From Candidatus Fervidifonticultor sextus (GTDB taxonomy: Bacteria; Sysuimicrobiota; Sysuimicrobiia; Sysuimicrobiales; Humicultoraceae): DNA of 64,000 nt. A program made the position numbers and the translations under genes. Shown one piece after another: positions 18,242 to 30,418 of the stretch (its first letter is position 1; each line of letters starts with the position of its first letter). The stretch spans positions 96,001-160,000 of the forward strand of contig JAVKHQ010000001.1 in NCBI GenBank assembly GCA_031459875.1, given 5' to 3'. The notes beneath the pieces are model-generated. The model was not told the DNA's origin, did no database searches, and saw only the letters and a program-made list of their open reading frames with translations.

Positions 18242-20364
18242 CCCACCGACGCGAGATGCACGCGCTCGTCGAGGTGGCGACGGACGATCTCGCCGAGCGC
18301 GCGTGCATCCGCCGACGACAGATCCGGATCCTCCTCCAGCAGCGCCTGCGCCGCCTGCCTGGCCTCCTCCAGCAGCCGCAGATCCGCGACCGGGTCGGCC
18401 ACCCGGAGACCGCCGAGTCCGTGCTGACGGACACCGAGCACCTCACCGGGGCCGCGCAGCTGCAGGTCCTCCTGGGCGATGCGGAAACCGTCGCTGGTGG
18501 TCCGCATCACCTCCAGCCGCCGGCGTGCTTCCTCGGTGGTCGGATCGGCAATGAGGACACAGTAGGACCTGGCTGCGCCTCGGCCGACGCGACCGCGCAA
18601 CTGGTGGAGCTGCGCCAGGCCGTAGCGGTCGGCGTCCTCGATGACCATGACCGAGGCGTTGGGGACATCGATGCCGACCTCGACGACCGTCGTGGCCACC
18701 AGCACGTCGATCTCTCCGGCACGGAAGGCCTCCATGCGCTCGGCCTTCTGGGCCGGCGAGAGCCGGCCGTGCATCACCTCGATGCGCAGACCTGCCAGCA
18801 GGCCCTCTGCCAGTTCGCGGGCTAGGTCTGCGGCCGACTGTGCCTGCAGCGCCTCGGACTCCTCGATGAGGGGGCAGACCACGAACGCCTGCCGGCCTGC
18901 GGCCACCTGGTCGCGCACGGAGGCGTAGACCTGCGGCCGGGCGCGCCTGGGACGGACCAGCGTGATGACCGGCTGCCGGCCGGGCGGCATCTCATCCAGC
19001 ACCGACACATCCAGGTCGCCGTAGACCGTCAGCATCAACGTCCTGGGGATCGGCGTGGCGGTCATCACCAGCACATCCGGGTTGTAGCCCTTCTGCCGCA
19101 GGCGGGACCGCTGCATGACCCCAAAGCGGTGCTGCTCGTCCACCACGGCGACGCCCAACCGGTCGAAGACGACCTGCTCCTCCAGCAGCGCATGCGTTCC
19201 CACCACGATCCCCGGTCGCCCGGTACGCAGCAGCTCCAGGGCCGGGGCCCGCTCCTGCCGGTCCATGCCGCCGACCAGCAGGTGCACGGCAACGCCCAGC
19301 GGGTGCAGCAGCCGCCGCAACGTCAGGAAGTGCTGTTCGGCCAGGATCTCGGTCGGCGCCATGAGCGCACCCTGGTAACCGCCCTCGACGCAGGCCAGCA
19401 GCGCCGCCGCGGCCACGACGGTCTTGCCAGAGCCCACGTCGCCCTGCAACAACCGGTTCATCGGGACCGGACCCCGCAGGTCGGCCAGGATCTCGTCCAG
19501 CACGCGGCGCTGGGCGCGGGTCAGCGCAAACGGCAGGGAGGCCAGGAACCGGGGCACCAGCTCCGTGAACCCGCCATACACCACGCTGCGCGGCGTGGCC
19601 TGCAGCGCCGCCCGCTGGCGCAGGATGCCCAGTTGCAGGACGAACAGTTCCTCAAACGCCAGGCGACGACGGGCCACAGCGGACGCATTCGGGTCTTCGG
19701 GGAAGTGGGCGGCCCACAGCGCCTCGTGCAGACCCATCAGCCGGTGGCGGGCGCGCAGCGCAGGCGGGAGCACGTCGGGCAGGGCTCCGGCGTGGGCCGA
19801 GAGCGCCTCGCGGATGATCCCGCGCAGCGTGCGCTGCGGGAGCCCTTCGGTGGCGGGATAGACGGGCACCAGGCGGCCAACATTCCAGGGCTCCGCATCG
19901 GGATCGAGGGGTTCCACTTCCGGCGCGACGAACTGCAGGCCCCTCCCCGCCCGCTCCACACGACCGTAGAGGCTGACCTGCTGGCCGCGGCTCAGCCGCT
20001 GGGCGAGGTAGGGTTGATTGAACCACACCGCGTGGGCGGCGCCGGTGGCATCGACGATCCCGGCCCGGACCAGGATGCCTCCCCGGCGTGTCCGCACGGT
20101 CCACACGCGCTCGATGCGAACGATGGCCGCCTGCTCGGCGCCTTCGATCAGGCGCGCGAGCGGCGTGGGGTTCCGGCGGTCTTCATGGCGACGCGGGAGG
20201 TGGAGCAGCAGATCCCGCACCGTCTGGATGCCCAGCCGGGCCAGGAGCGCGGCCCGCGCCGGCCCCACCCCGCGCAGGTACTGGACGGGCGCGTCAGGCT
20301 TCGGCCGTCGATCCGTGCCGGCAGCCGCGAAGGGATCGGCAGAGGCGACGCGGCGCCTGGTCAT
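18238..20364 (-). CDS. recG: ATP-dependent DNA helicase RecG
   Basis: LQGDVGSGKT, DEQHRFG, MTATPIPR, QLHQLRGRVGRG. Confidence 0.97.
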   Translation of the reverse strand: MTRRRVASADPFAAAGTDRRPKPDAPVQYLRGVGPARAALLARLGIQTVRDLLLHLPRRHEDRRNPTPLARLIEGAEQAAIVRIERVWTVRTRRGGILVRAGIVDATGAAHAVWFNQPYLAQRLSRGQQVSLYGRVERAGRGLQFVAPEVEPLDPDAEPWNVGRLVPVYPATEGLPQRTLRGIIREALSAHAGALPDVLPPALRARHRLMGLHEALWAAHFPEDPNASAVARRRLAFEELFVLQLGILRQRAALQATPRSVVYGGFTELVPRFLASLPFALTRAQRRVLDEILADLRGPVPMNRLLQGDVGSGKTVVAAAALLACVEGGYQGALMAPTEILAEQHFLTLRRLLHPLGVAVHLLVGGMDRQERAPALELLRTGRPGIVVGTHALLEEQVVFDRLGVAVVDEQHRFGVMQRSRLRQKGYNPDVLVMTATPIPRTLMLTVYGDLDVSVLDEMPPGRQPVITLVRPRRARPQVYASVRDQVAAGRQAFVVCPLIEESEALQAQSAADLARELAEGLLAGLRIEVMHGRLSPAQKAERMEAFRAGEIDVLVATTVVEVGIDVPNASVMVIEDADRYGLAQLHQLRGRVGRGAARSYCVLIADPTTEEARRRLEVMRTTSDGFRIAQEDLQLRGPGEVLGVRQHGLGGLRVADPVADLRLLEEARQAAQALLEEDPDLSSADARALGEIVRRHLDERVHLASVG

Positions 20365-20437
20365 GGTCTGCCCTGTTGTTCGCCGAGGCCCCAGGCTCTC
20401 CTCCGATCGAGACCGCACCGACCGCACCGCCCCTGCG

Positions 20438-20466
20438 TTGCGCAGCGGGGGCCCCTGTGCTAGAAT
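20438..20466 (+). promoter_or_regulatory. Putative promoter for rpmB
   Basis: TTGCGC-17 nt-TAGAAT with TG extended -10. Confidence 0.5.
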
Positions 20467-20544
20467 CCGGCCGTTGCCGCCACGTGAGGGTCGGGCGGCG
20501 ATGCCCGAACGGGTGACCGGCGGGCGGTGCAGGCGAGGTGGATG

Positions 20545-20736
20545 ATGGCACGACGGTGCGCAATCTGCGGCAAGGGCCCGGCGGCGGGGAAGAGCCTCAG
20601 CCATTCCCACGTGCGGGCACCCCGGCGGTTCCTCCCAAACCTCCAGCGGGTGAGGATCATGCTGGACGGGACGAGGCGGCGCGTCAACATCTGCACGTCC
20701 TGCCTGACGTCCCGCAAGATCGCCCGCGCGAGCTAG
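20545..20736 (+). CDS. rpmB: 50S ribosomal protein L28
   Basis: MARRCAICGKG...SHSH...RRFLPNLQ...CTSC. Confidence 0.95.
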   Translation: MARRCAICGKGPAAGKSLSHSHVRAPRRFLPNLQRVRIMLDGTRRRVNICTSCLTSRKIARAS

Positions 20737-21611
20737 GCCTGCGGCGCGAAAACCGCCGCGACCCGGTCGGGCCCGAACACGTACCACTCCCTGCAGAACC
20801 GACACTGGACCTCAATCCGCCCCTCCTCGCGGAGCAGGCGGTCACACTCCTCGCGCCCGAGCGCCGCAATGGCCCGGGCCACGCGGGCCGGGCTGCACCG
20901 GCAGGCGAACCGGACGGGACGCCGTTCCAGCACCGACACCGGGAGACGGCCGAGCGCCTCGGCGAGGATCTCCTCTGGCGCGGCGCCTGCGCTCAGCATC
21001 TGGGTGAGCGGCGGGAGCGCGCGCGCCCGGTGCTCCAGGTAGCCGAAAATTGACGGCGGCGCTCCGGGCAGGACCTGCAGCAGCAGCCCGCCGGAGGCCA
21101 GCACGCCGGCGTCAGGACCCACGAGGACGCCCACGGCGACCACGGTGGGCACCTGCTCGCTGCGGAGCAGGTAGGCCGCCAGGTCGTCGCCGATCTCGCC
21201 GGTCACCAGCGGGACGCTGCTCTGGTAGGGGTCCCGCAGGCCCACATCCCGCGTCACGTGAAACGTCCCCCGCCTCCCCACGGCGGCACCGACGTCCAGT
21301 TTGCGCGACGGCGTGGGCGGCAGATCGGTCAGCGGGTTGGTGACGTAGCCGCGGAGGCGGCCGTCGGCCGTGCTCTCGGTGATGAGTGGGCCCAGCGGCC
21401 CATCGCCCAGCACCCGGACCATGACGGTCTGCTGGTCCTTGAGGCCGGCTCCCAGCATGGCCGCCGCGGCCAGCGTGCGCCCCAGCGCCGCAGTCGCCGT
21501 CGGCAGGGTGCCGTGCCGCACACGGGCCTCCTCGGTGGCCCCGGTTGTGATCGCCACGCAGCCCAGGACCGAGCCCTCGGCGGCGATGACGCGAACGAGC
21601 ACATCGTCCAC
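20733..21611 (-). CDS. hslO: Hsp33 redox chaperone
   Basis: AALGRTL, SEQVPT, CRCS...CRFC zinc motif. Confidence 0.95.
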   Translation of the reverse strand: MDDVLVRVIAAEGSVLGCVAITTGATEEARVRHGTLPTATAALGRTLAAAAMLGAGLKDQQTVMVRVLGDGPLGPLITESTADGRLRGYVTNPLTDLPPTPSRKLDVGAAVGRRGTFHVTRDVGLRDPYQSSVPLVTGEIGDDLAAYLLRSEQVPTVVAVGVLVGPDAGVLASGGLLLQVLPGAPPSIFGYLEHRARALPPLTQMLSAGAAPEEILAEALGRLPVSVLERRPVRFACRCSPARVARAIAALGREECDRLLREEGRIEVQCRFCREWYVFGPDRVAAVFAPQA

Positions 21612-21638
21612 GAGCCGACCCTCACTCCCGCAATGTCC

Positions 21639-22616
21639 CTATTCTAGCACCCGCCACAGCTCGTCTCGATCGAACGGCTCCAGGGGGACCGCCGTCCCGC
21701 CGCGGCGCACGATCCGCTCGTGCTCGGTCAGGGTGCCGACGACCGCCGACGGGATGCCCGCCGCCGCCAGGGCCGCGCACACCGGCGCCGGGTCGGGTGC
21801 GGCGACGAGCATGGCCCCTGAACCGATCAGCCCCAGCGGATCGGCGTTCAGCGCCCGGCAGATCGCCCGGGTCTCCTCCAGCACTGGGACGGCATCCGCG
21901 TTCAGATCCACCCCGCACCCCGACGCCTCCGCCAGTTCCCAGACCCCGGTGAGCACCCCGCCCTCGGTGACGTCGTGCATGGCGGTGGCGCCGGCCCGTG
22001 CCGCGATGCGACCCTCCGGGACCACGCTGATTCGTTCGATGAGCCCCCGGGCGCGGGCCAGCGTCGCCTTCCCCACCGCAGGACGCAGGCGGTCGGCCAG
22101 GTCCTCGGCCAGGATCGCCGTGCCCTCGAGGCCGGCGGCCTTGGTCAGGACCAGGGTGTCACCCGGTCGGCCTCCGTCGGCCCTGATGTAGCCGCCGCGC
22201 GGGGCGCGGCCGATCGCCGCCGTCACCACGAGGGTTTTGGGGAGCCCGGGGGTCACCTCGGTGTGGCCTCCGACGATTTCCACCCCGACCCCCTGCGCGG
22301 CCGAGCCGGCCTCTGCCATGATGCGGTCGAGATCTGCCAGGCCGGCCGACTCGGCGAGCAGGACGGTCAGCAGCAGGCCGACCGGCTCCGCGCCGGAGGC
22401 TGCCAGGTCATTGCAGGCCACATGGACCGCGTACCAGCCCAGGCGCGCAGCCGAGCCGGTGATGGGGTCGGTGGTGACCACGCAGGCGGTCTCACCGAAA
22501 TCCAGGACTGCACAGTCCTGCCCGATCCCCGCGTGGACCAGCACGTCGCGCCGACGGCCCAGGTGAGGGTACACGTGGTGTCGCAGTGCCGCCGCAGAGA
22601 TCTTGCCGGGCCTCAT
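21639..22616 (-). CDS. AIR synthase/HypE-like family protein
   Basis: GQDCA, TTDPITG, NDLA, GGHTEVT, AMHDVTEGG, DELW. Confidence 0.9.
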   Translation of the reverse strand: MRPGKISAAALRHHVYPHLGRRRDVLVHAGIGQDCAVLDFGETACVVTTDPITGSAARLGWYAVHVACNDLAASGAEPVGLLLTVLLAESAGLADLDRIMAEAGSAAQGVGVEIVGGHTEVTPGLPKTLVVTAAIGRAPRGGYIRADGGRPGDTLVLTKAAGLEGTAILAEDLADRLRPAVGKATLARARGLIERISVVPEGRIAARAGATAMHDVTEGGVLTGVWELAEASGCGVDLNADAVPVLEETRAICRALNADPLGLIGSGAMLVAAPDPAPVCAALAAAGIPSAVVGTLTEHERIVRRGGTAVPLEPFDRDELWRVLE

Positions 22617-22714
22617 GGTGATCCTCCAGTCCGGGCCGCCCCCGTCCCGACCGGCGCCGCAGGCCGTGAGAGGGAGAGGTCTGGGATACACCGAACAACA
22701 GGGCGGTTACACCC

Positions 22715-22945
22715 ATGGAGACCGCCTACCTGCTGGTCCGCCTGGATCGAAGCACACCGGCGGAAGTCGCCCGGGCGGTCCGGCGCGTGCCGGGCGTGAT
22801 GGAAGCCGCGGTCACCATGGGGGAGGTGGATGTCCTGGCCGTCATCCGCGGGGAGACGACCAGAGCCCTGGCGGAGATCGGGCATCAGGTCGAGGCGATC
22901 GAGGGCGTGGGGAAGGTCTCGATCTGCGTCGTGGTGCGCCCGTAG
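22715..22945 (+). CDS. Lrp/AsnC ligand-binding (RAM) domain protein
   Basis: AYLLV...VPGV.EA.VTMGEVDVLA...IEGV pattern; no HTH. Confidence 0.8.
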   Translation: METAYLLVRLDRSTPAEVARAVRRVPGVMEAAVTMGEVDVLAVIRGETTRALAEIGHQVEAIEGVGKVSICVVVRP

Positions 22946-22946
22946 C

Positions 22947-23882
22947 CTAGGCGGGAATGCGGGGGGTGATGTCCACCATCCGGGCCAGCAGCCGGTGGCT
23001 GACCTCCAGAGCGCGGTAGCCGTCCTCGGCGGAGACCCGCGGGCGCTCCTCGCCCCGCACGCAGGCCACGAAGTGGGACAGTTCGGCGCGCAGCGGTTCC
23101 TCACCGTCGAGGGCGATGCGCTGGTAGGCGCCGTTGAAGTGCCGGATGCTGACGACCTCGTGCAGGTAGTCGAGGTGGATGGTACGGTCCGCCATGGTCA
23201 CTTCCATCTCCACGGCCTTCACCGCGGAGACCCGGCTGGCCGTCAGCGTCATCCGACACCCGCCCTCCATGACCAGGTGGGCCACCGCCAGGTCCTCGTG
23301 GCTATTGTGCACGCGCACGCCCACGCCGCCGATCTCCACCACCCGCTCCGGCACCAGCGACAGCACGATGTCCAGGTCGTGGATCATCAGATCGAGGACG
23401 ACCCCGACGTCGGTGACCCGGTTCGGTTCGAAGGGCCGCACGCGCCGCGCGTGGATGTAGAGCGGCTCAGACACCAGGTCGCGGAGGTACTGGACCGCGG
23501 GCTTGAACCGCTCCACGTGGCCCACAAGCATGACCACCCCGCGCCGGCGGCTCAGGTCCACCAACCGCTGCGCCTCCTCGACCGTAGCGGTCATCGGTTT
23601 CTCCAACAGCACGTGTACGCCGGCTCCCAGGAAGTCCCGGGCCACGGCAAAGTGGTGGATCGTCGGGACCACCACGCTGACCGCGTCCACCCTGCCGATG
23701 AGATCCCGATGGTCGACGTACCCGCGGGTGTGGTAGCGGGCGGCCGCCGGCTCCACCTCCCGGGGGTCCCGGTCGACGACCCCGACCAGGTCCACTTCGG
23801 GCATGGAGGCGAAGACCCGGGCATGGTGGCGGCCCCACTGGCCCAGCCCCACCACTCCCAGGCGCACCCGCTCGACGCTCAT
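22947..23882 (-). CDS. Gfo/Idh/MocA oxidoreductase (GnnA/WbpB-like)
   Basis: GVVGLGQWG, EKP, VGHVERF, DLMIHDLD. Confidence 0.9.
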   Translation of the reverse strand: MSVERVRLGVVGLGQWGRHHARVFASMPEVDLVGVVDRDPREVEPAAARYHTRGYVDHRDLIGRVDAVSVVVPTIHHFAVARDFLGAGVHVLLEKPMTATVEEAQRLVDLSRRRGVVMLVGHVERFKPAVQYLRDLVSEPLYIHARRVRPFEPNRVTDVGVVLDLMIHDLDIVLSLVPERVVEIGGVGVRVHNSHEDLAVAHLVMEGGCRMTLTASRVSAVKAVEMEVTMADRTIHLDYLHEVVSIRHFNGAYQRIALDGEEPLRAELSHFVACVRGEERPRVSAEDGYRALEVSHRLLARMVDITPRIPA

Positions 23883-24994
23883 GCCGCAGCCCCGGGAAGG
23901 GTGCGCACGGCCTCCACGATCGCCTCGAGCTCGTCCGGCCGCAGGTTGGGGTGGACCGGGACCGACAGGACCTCCCGCGTCAGCCGCTCCGCCTGCGGGT
24001 ACCTGCCCAAAAAGCCGCGGTGCCGGTACGCCGGCGTGTGCGGGACGACCGACGGGTAGTAGACCCGGCTGGCAATCCCGTGCGCCTCCAGGTGACGGAT
24101 CAGCGCCTCGCGCTGCGCGAAGACCCGGAGGGTGTACTGATGGTAGACATGACGGAACCCGGCAGGCTCGCGCGGCACCCGCAGCCAGGGCACGTCCTGC
24201 AGGCCGTCCGAGAGCCGGCGGGCGTTGGCGCGGCGGCACTCGTTGCGCTCCTCCAGGGCCGCCAGTTGTACCAGGCCGATGGCGGCCGCAATCTCCGTCA
24301 TGCGGTAGTTGAACCCGATCACCTCGTAGGCGTACTCCGTCTCGCCCCGGGGGTCCACCAGCAGGCGCGCGCGCCGGGCGACTCCGGCATCGGCGGTCAC
24401 CACCATGCCGCCTTCGCCCGTGGTCATGTTCTTCGTGGGGTAGAAGCTGAAGACGGCGGCATCGCCGAAGGTCCCCACGCGGCGACCGTCGATGGCGGCG
24501 CCGTGGGCCTGCGCGCAGTCCTCGATGAGCAGCGCGCCGTAGCGCCTGGCCAGATCGCCGAAGGCCCGCATGTCGGCCGGTAACCCGTAGAGGTGGACGA
24601 CCAGGATGGCACGGATGCCGCCGCGGCGCAGGATCGGCTCGACGGCCGCGGGATCCAGGTTGAACGTGGCGGGGTCCACATCGGCGAAGACCGGGTGCGC
24701 GCCGGCGTGAATCACGGCGTTGCTGGAGGCCGAGAAGGTGAAGGGGGTGGTGAGCACGCGGTCCCCCGGGCCGATGCCCAACGCCAGCATCGCCACCTGG
24801 AGGGCCGCACTGCCCGACGCCGTCGCGACGGCATGCGGCATACCGAGGTAGGCGGCGAAGGCCGCCTCGAACGCCGCCACCCTGGGTCCTGCGACCAGGA
24901 TGCCGGAGTCAAGGACTTCTTGGACCTGCCGTTTCTCTTCCTCGCCGATCTGCGGTCGGGCGATGGGAATCGCCGCCGCGGTCCTTGGGGTCAT
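23879..24994 (-). CDS. DegT/DnrJ/EryC1/StrS aminotransferase
   Basis: VHLYG, IEDCAQAHGA, FSFYPTKNMTTGEGG, GFNYRM. Confidence 0.95.
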   Translation of the reverse strand: MTPRTAAAIPIARPQIGEEEKRQVQEVLDSGILVAGPRVAAFEAAFAAYLGMPHAVATASGSAALQVAMLALGIGPGDRVLTTPFTFSASSNAVIHAGAHPVFADVDPATFNLDPAAVEPILRRGGIRAILVVHLYGLPADMRAFGDLARRYGALLIEDCAQAHGAAIDGRRVGTFGDAAVFSFYPTKNMTTGEGGMVVTADAGVARRARLLVDPRGETEYAYEVIGFNYRMTEIAAAIGLVQLAALEERNECRRANARRLSDGLQDVPWLRVPREPAGFRHVYHQYTLRVFAQREALIRHLEAHGIASRVYYPSVVPHTPAYRHRGFLGRYPQAERLTREVLSVPVHPNLRPDELEAIVEAVRTLPGAAA

Positions 24995-25083
24995 CCATCA
25001 CTCCTGGTGCCATGTCAGGGCCAGGCCCCACCATATAGTGTCCTGGCCCCTCCCGCGACTTTCTCCCGACCCTCCCGCGGGCG

Positions 25084-25524
25084 CTACGCCGGCCCTTCCG
25101 CCTGCGCCTTGAGGGCCGCCAGCATGCTCTCGCAGTTCTTCCGCATCAGGACCTTGACCAGGGCGCCCAGCAGCGGGCCGGCCAGCGGGATTTCCAGGTC
25201 GTACTCCACCACCAGGGACGTCCGCGTGCCCTCCGGCGTTGGCTCGAACCGCCACTGGCCCTCGTAGCGGGCGAAGTCTCCGCTGCGCTGGCGGAAGGTG
25301 CAGGTCCACCGGGCGTCGTCCCACTCGTCTTCCTCGACCCACCGGATCCGGCGGCCCTGGACGACGCCGACCCACTGGGTCACCGTGCGACGGTCCTGGC
25401 GTTCCAGCACGGTGACGCGCTCGAGGTCGGGCATGTACTCGGGAAACCGCTCGACATCCTTGGCAAGCGCGTACACGCGCTCCAGCGGGGCGCGGATGAC
25501 GGTGGACGCCTGGACGGATGGCAT
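25084..25524 (-). CDS. SRPBCC/polyketide cyclase-like protein
   Basis: IRAPLERVY..AKDVERFPEYMP, GDF..YEGQWRF. Confidence 0.88.
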   Translation of the reverse strand: MPSVQASTVIRAPLERVYALAKDVERFPEYMPDLERVTVLERQDRRTVTQWVGVVQGRRIRWVEEDEWDDARWTCTFRQRSGDFARYEGQWRFEPTPEGTRTSLVVEYDLEIPLAGPLLGALVKVLMRKNCESMLAALKAQAEGPA

Positions 25525-25533
25525 GGGACTCCT

Positions 25534-26334
25534 TCAGGATGCCGGCGCCCCGGCGGCCGTGCGCCGGCCGGTGATCAAGAACCCGGTGTGGGCCACCATG
25601 CGGTGGGCCGGGCGGACGCTCTGCGCGGCCACGTGCCACGGCCGCACCAGCGCCTCCACCGTCTCGATTAGGGCGAATGCCCCGCTTCCGGCGAGCGCCT
25701 CGACCGTCCGCTGGACCTGGATCGTCGTCGGGACGTAGGCCAGCAGGATCCCGCCGGGCCGCAACGCCCCGGCCGCGGCCGGCACGACGCGCCAGGGCTC
25801 CGGGAGATCCAGGACGACGCGGTCGGCGGGCGCATCGGGGATTCCGTTCAAGATGTCGTGGAGCCGCAGGACCAGCGTCGGCGTCTCGCCCAGGTACCGG
25901 GCGATGTTGCGCACTGCGGTGCGCTGGAACTCCTCGCGCACTTCGTAGGAAAACACGCGGCCCGCAGGTCCCACCGCGCGGACCAGGGCCATGGTGAGTG
26001 CTCCCGATCCGGTGCCGGCCTCGACGACCGTTGCCCCGGGGTAGATGTCCGCCAGCATCGTGATCAGGGCCAGGTCCTTGGGGTAGATGACCTGCGCACC
26101 CCGCGGCATCGCCAGCACGTAGTCGGCCAGCGTGGGCCGCAGGACCAGAACGCGCTCGCCCCGGGAGCTCTCGGCCGTGGTGCCATCCGGCTGGCCGATC
26201 AGATCGTCGTGCGCCACCCGGCCTCCCCGCAGATCGAAGGCCCCACCTGCCCGGAGCCAGACGAGGTAGGACCGCCGCTTGCGGTCGACCAGGAGGACCG
26301 GCTCGCCGGCGGCCAGGGGGCCCGTGCGGTTCAC
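25534..26334 (-). CDS. trmI: tRNA (adenine-N1)-methyltransferase
   Basis: MPRGAQVIYPKD, EAGTGSG, LDLPEPW, HRMVAHTGF. Confidence 0.93.
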   Translation of the reverse strand: MNRTGPLAAGEPVLLVDRKRRSYLVWLRAGGAFDLRGGRVAHDDLIGQPDGTTAESSRGERVLVLRPTLADYVLAMPRGAQVIYPKDLALITMLADIYPGATVVEAGTGSGALTMALVRAVGPAGRVFSYEVREEFQRTAVRNIARYLGETPTLVLRLHDILNGIPDAPADRVVLDLPEPWRVVPAAAGALRPGGILLAYVPTTIQVQRTVEALAGSGAFALIETVEALVRPWHVAAQSVRPAHRMVAHTGFLITGRRTAAGAPAS

Positions 26335-26353
26335 GGGGCCGCGGCGCCCACCG

Positions 26354-26764
26354 TCAGACCGTCACCTCGCGGGGCCGCACGTTCTCGCGGACCCACCGGA
26401 CGATCTCCTCCAGCGAGGCCCCGGGACTGAAGATCTTGCGGATACCGGCCGCCTGGAGGGCCGGGATGTCCTCTTCGGGGATGATCCCCCCGCCGAAGAC
26501 CACGACGTCGTGGAGGCCTCGCTCCCGGAGGAGCTGGACCACGCGCGGGAACAGGGTGTTGTGGGCGCCTGAGAGGATCGACAACCCGATGGCGTCCACG
26601 TCTTCCTGGACCGCCGCTCCGACGATCATCTCTGGGGTCTGGTGCAGCCCGGTGTAGATGACCTCAACGCCGGCGTCGCGCAGCGCCCGGGCCACGACCT
26701 TGATCCCCCGGTCGTGGCCGTCCAGCCCCGGTTTCGCCAGCAGGATCCGCACCGGCCGTGGCAT
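26354..26764 (-). CDS. Cobalamin-binding small subunit of an acyl-CoA mutase
   Basis: [10 protein letters not shown] (DxHxxG), SILSGAH, GGIIP. Confidence 0.95.
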   Translation of the reverse strand: MPRPVRILLAKPGLDGHDRGIKVVARALRDAGVEVIYTGLHQTPEMIVGAAVQEDVDAIGLSILSGAHNTLFPRVVQLLRERGLHDVVVFGGGIIPEEDIPALQAAGIRKIFSPGASLEEIVRWVRENVRPREVTV

Positions 26765-26782
26765 GGGCGACCCATCCTCCGG

Positions 26783-28387
<1,605 letters not shown>

Positions 28388-28399
28388 CAGCCGCCCTCC

Positions 28400-30382
28400 T
28401 CAGTGGGGAGCCTTGCCCACGCTGCGTTCGAGCACCTCGACCACATCCATCGGCCGGGTGGACGACTCCACCGCCGCCGCGCCGTCTTCCAGCATCAGCA
28501 GGCAGAACGGGCAGGCGGTCGCGACGACCTCGGCGCCGGTGGCGGCGGCGTGTCGCGCGCGCACGTGGTTCATCCGCTGGCCCACGCGGTCTTCCACCCA
28601 GTAGAGCCCGCCGCCGGCCCCGCAGCAGAACCCCTTCTCCCGGCACTGGGCCATCTCGACCGCCCTGGCGCCGGGGATCGCCCGCAGCACCCGGCGGGGC
28701 GCCTCATACTCGCCGTTGTGCCGCCCCAGGTAGCACGGATCGTGGAAGGTGACCGCCGCTGCCACCGGGATGGTGGGCCGCAGGCGGCCTTCGTCGATCA
28801 GGCGGGCCAGCAGCTGCGTGTGGTGCCACACCTCGTAGTGCCCTCCCAGATCGGGGTACTCGTGCCTGAAGGTATTGTAGCAGTGCGGACACAGGGTGAC
28901 GATCTTGGTGACGCCGCGGCGGTCGAGCGTCTCGATGGTCCGACGTGCCAGGTCGCAGAACAGGTACTCGTTGCCGATGCGACGCGCCGGATCCCCGTTA
29001 CAGCCTTCCTCAGCACCCAGGATCCCCACGTCCAGCCCCGCGGCCTGCAGGACCCGCACCAGGGCCCGCAGCGGCGCATGGTTGCGCTCGTTGAGGGCTG
29101 CTGCGCAGCCCACCCACAGCAGCCATTCGGATCGGTCGCCCTTGGAGAGGTCCTTGACCTCGACCCCGGCGGTCCAGGCCGTGCGCGCCAGCCCGGCGCC
29201 CCGGAACGGGTGGCCCCGGGCCTCCAGGCTGCGCAGCGCCTCGCCCATGGTCTCGGGCAGACTGGCTTCCTCCATCACCAGGTGCCGGCGCATCTCCACG
29301 ATCTTGGGCACGTGCTCGATGAAGACCGGGCACGCCTCCATGCAGGCCATGCAGGTCACACAGGCCCACAGGGCCTCTGGCGAGATCACCTGCCCGCCCA
29401 GGGCGCGGGAGGAGGCGCCGTCGGTCCGGTGCATCTCGTCGCGCAGGTCCAGGACCACGTGCATCGGCGAGAGCACCTTGCCCGTCAGGGCGGCCGGACA
29501 GACCGCGGTGCACCGGCCGCACTCCGTACACACATCCAAATCCAACAGGTCCTTCCACGTCAGGTCGGAGAAGGCCGAGGCCCCGAAGCGCTCGGTTCTC
29601 TCGAAGTCGATCAGACCCACCCCCGCCGGGTTCTGGAGGGGCTGGAGATAGGTGTTCAGGGGGGCCAGCACCAGGTGGAAGAGCTTCGAGTAGGGGATGT
29701 AGGCGACGAACGCCATGGAGAGCAGGAAGTGGCCCCACCAGACCCCGGCGTGGGCCAGCCGGATCGCGCCCTCGGAGGGTGCCGCCGCCCTGACCAGGCC
29801 CGCGACGGCGTATCCGACCGGCGACCAGGCCGCCCAGGGGTCGCGGGTCCCGGCGATGCGCAGGCCCTCGACGACGAACCCCGTGACCAGGATAAGTTCG
29901 AACAGCCAGAGGATCACCGCATCGGAGAGGACCCCGCGGCGCAGCCGCGGCGACCGGACCAGGTAGCGCATCGCCAGGGCGCAGGCGACCCCGGCGGTTG
30001 CGACCAGCCCCATCACGTCGAGGGCCGCCGACTGGAAATAGAGGTAGAAAGCCCCCTGCATGATCCGGATTTTCAGGTCCTGGTGGACGAACACGACCGT
30101 GGTGCCGGCGAAGAGGAACAGGAAGCCCCAGAAGAACGCCAGATGATACGCTCCGGCGACCCGATCCGCGAGCAGCCGGCCGTGGGCGAAGACGTGCCGC
30201 AGCACCGCGCGCACCCGCGGTCCCACCGGGCGCAGCCGCGAGACGGGCCGGCCGCGGCGCCACAGGCGCGCGTGGCGCCAGATCCCGTAGCTCATGATGC
30301 CCACGGCCACCAGGGCCACCAGGTACATGAGCACCACACCGAGGGCGGGGATGTTCCAGTAGATCTCTCGGGTGGGCACCAT
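28400..30382 (-). CDS. Membrane Fe-S oxidoreductase (FadF/Hdr-like with CCG domains)
   Basis: NarI-like TM region, CTECGRCTAVCP, CVTCMACMEACP, FHDPCYLGR, CCGAGGG. Confidence 0.92.
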   Translation of the reverse strand: MVPTREIYWNIPALGVVLMYLVALVAVGIMSYGIWRHARLWRRGRPVSRLRPVGPRVRAVLRHVFAHGRLLADRVAGAYHLAFFWGFLFLFAGTTVVFVHQDLKIRIMQGAFYLYFQSAALDVMGLVATAGVACALAMRYLVRSPRLRRGVLSDAVILWLFELILVTGFVVEGLRIAGTRDPWAAWSPVGYAVAGLVRAAAPSEGAIRLAHAGVWWGHFLLSMAFVAYIPYSKLFHLVLAPLNTYLQPLQNPAGVGLIDFERTERFGASAFSDLTWKDLLDLDVCTECGRCTAVCPAALTGKVLSPMHVVLDLRDEMHRTDGASSRALGGQVISPEALWACVTCMACMEACPVFIEHVPKIVEMRRHLVMEEASLPETMGEALRSLEARGHPFRGAGLARTAWTAGVEVKDLSKGDRSEWLLWVGCAAALNERNHAPLRALVRVLQAAGLDVGILGAEEGCNGDPARRIGNEYLFCDLARRTIETLDRRGVTKIVTLCPHCYNTFRHEYPDLGGHYEVWHHTQLLARLIDEGRLRPTIPVAAAVTFHDPCYLGRHNGEYEAPRRVLRAIPGARAVEMAQCREKGFCCGAGGGLYWVEDRVGQRMNHVRARHAAATGAEVVATACPFCLLMLEDGAAAVESSTRPMDVVEVLERSVGKAPH

Positions 30383-30418
30383 CGGGACGATCGCCTCCGG
30401 GGCGGCCGTGGCTCCGGG

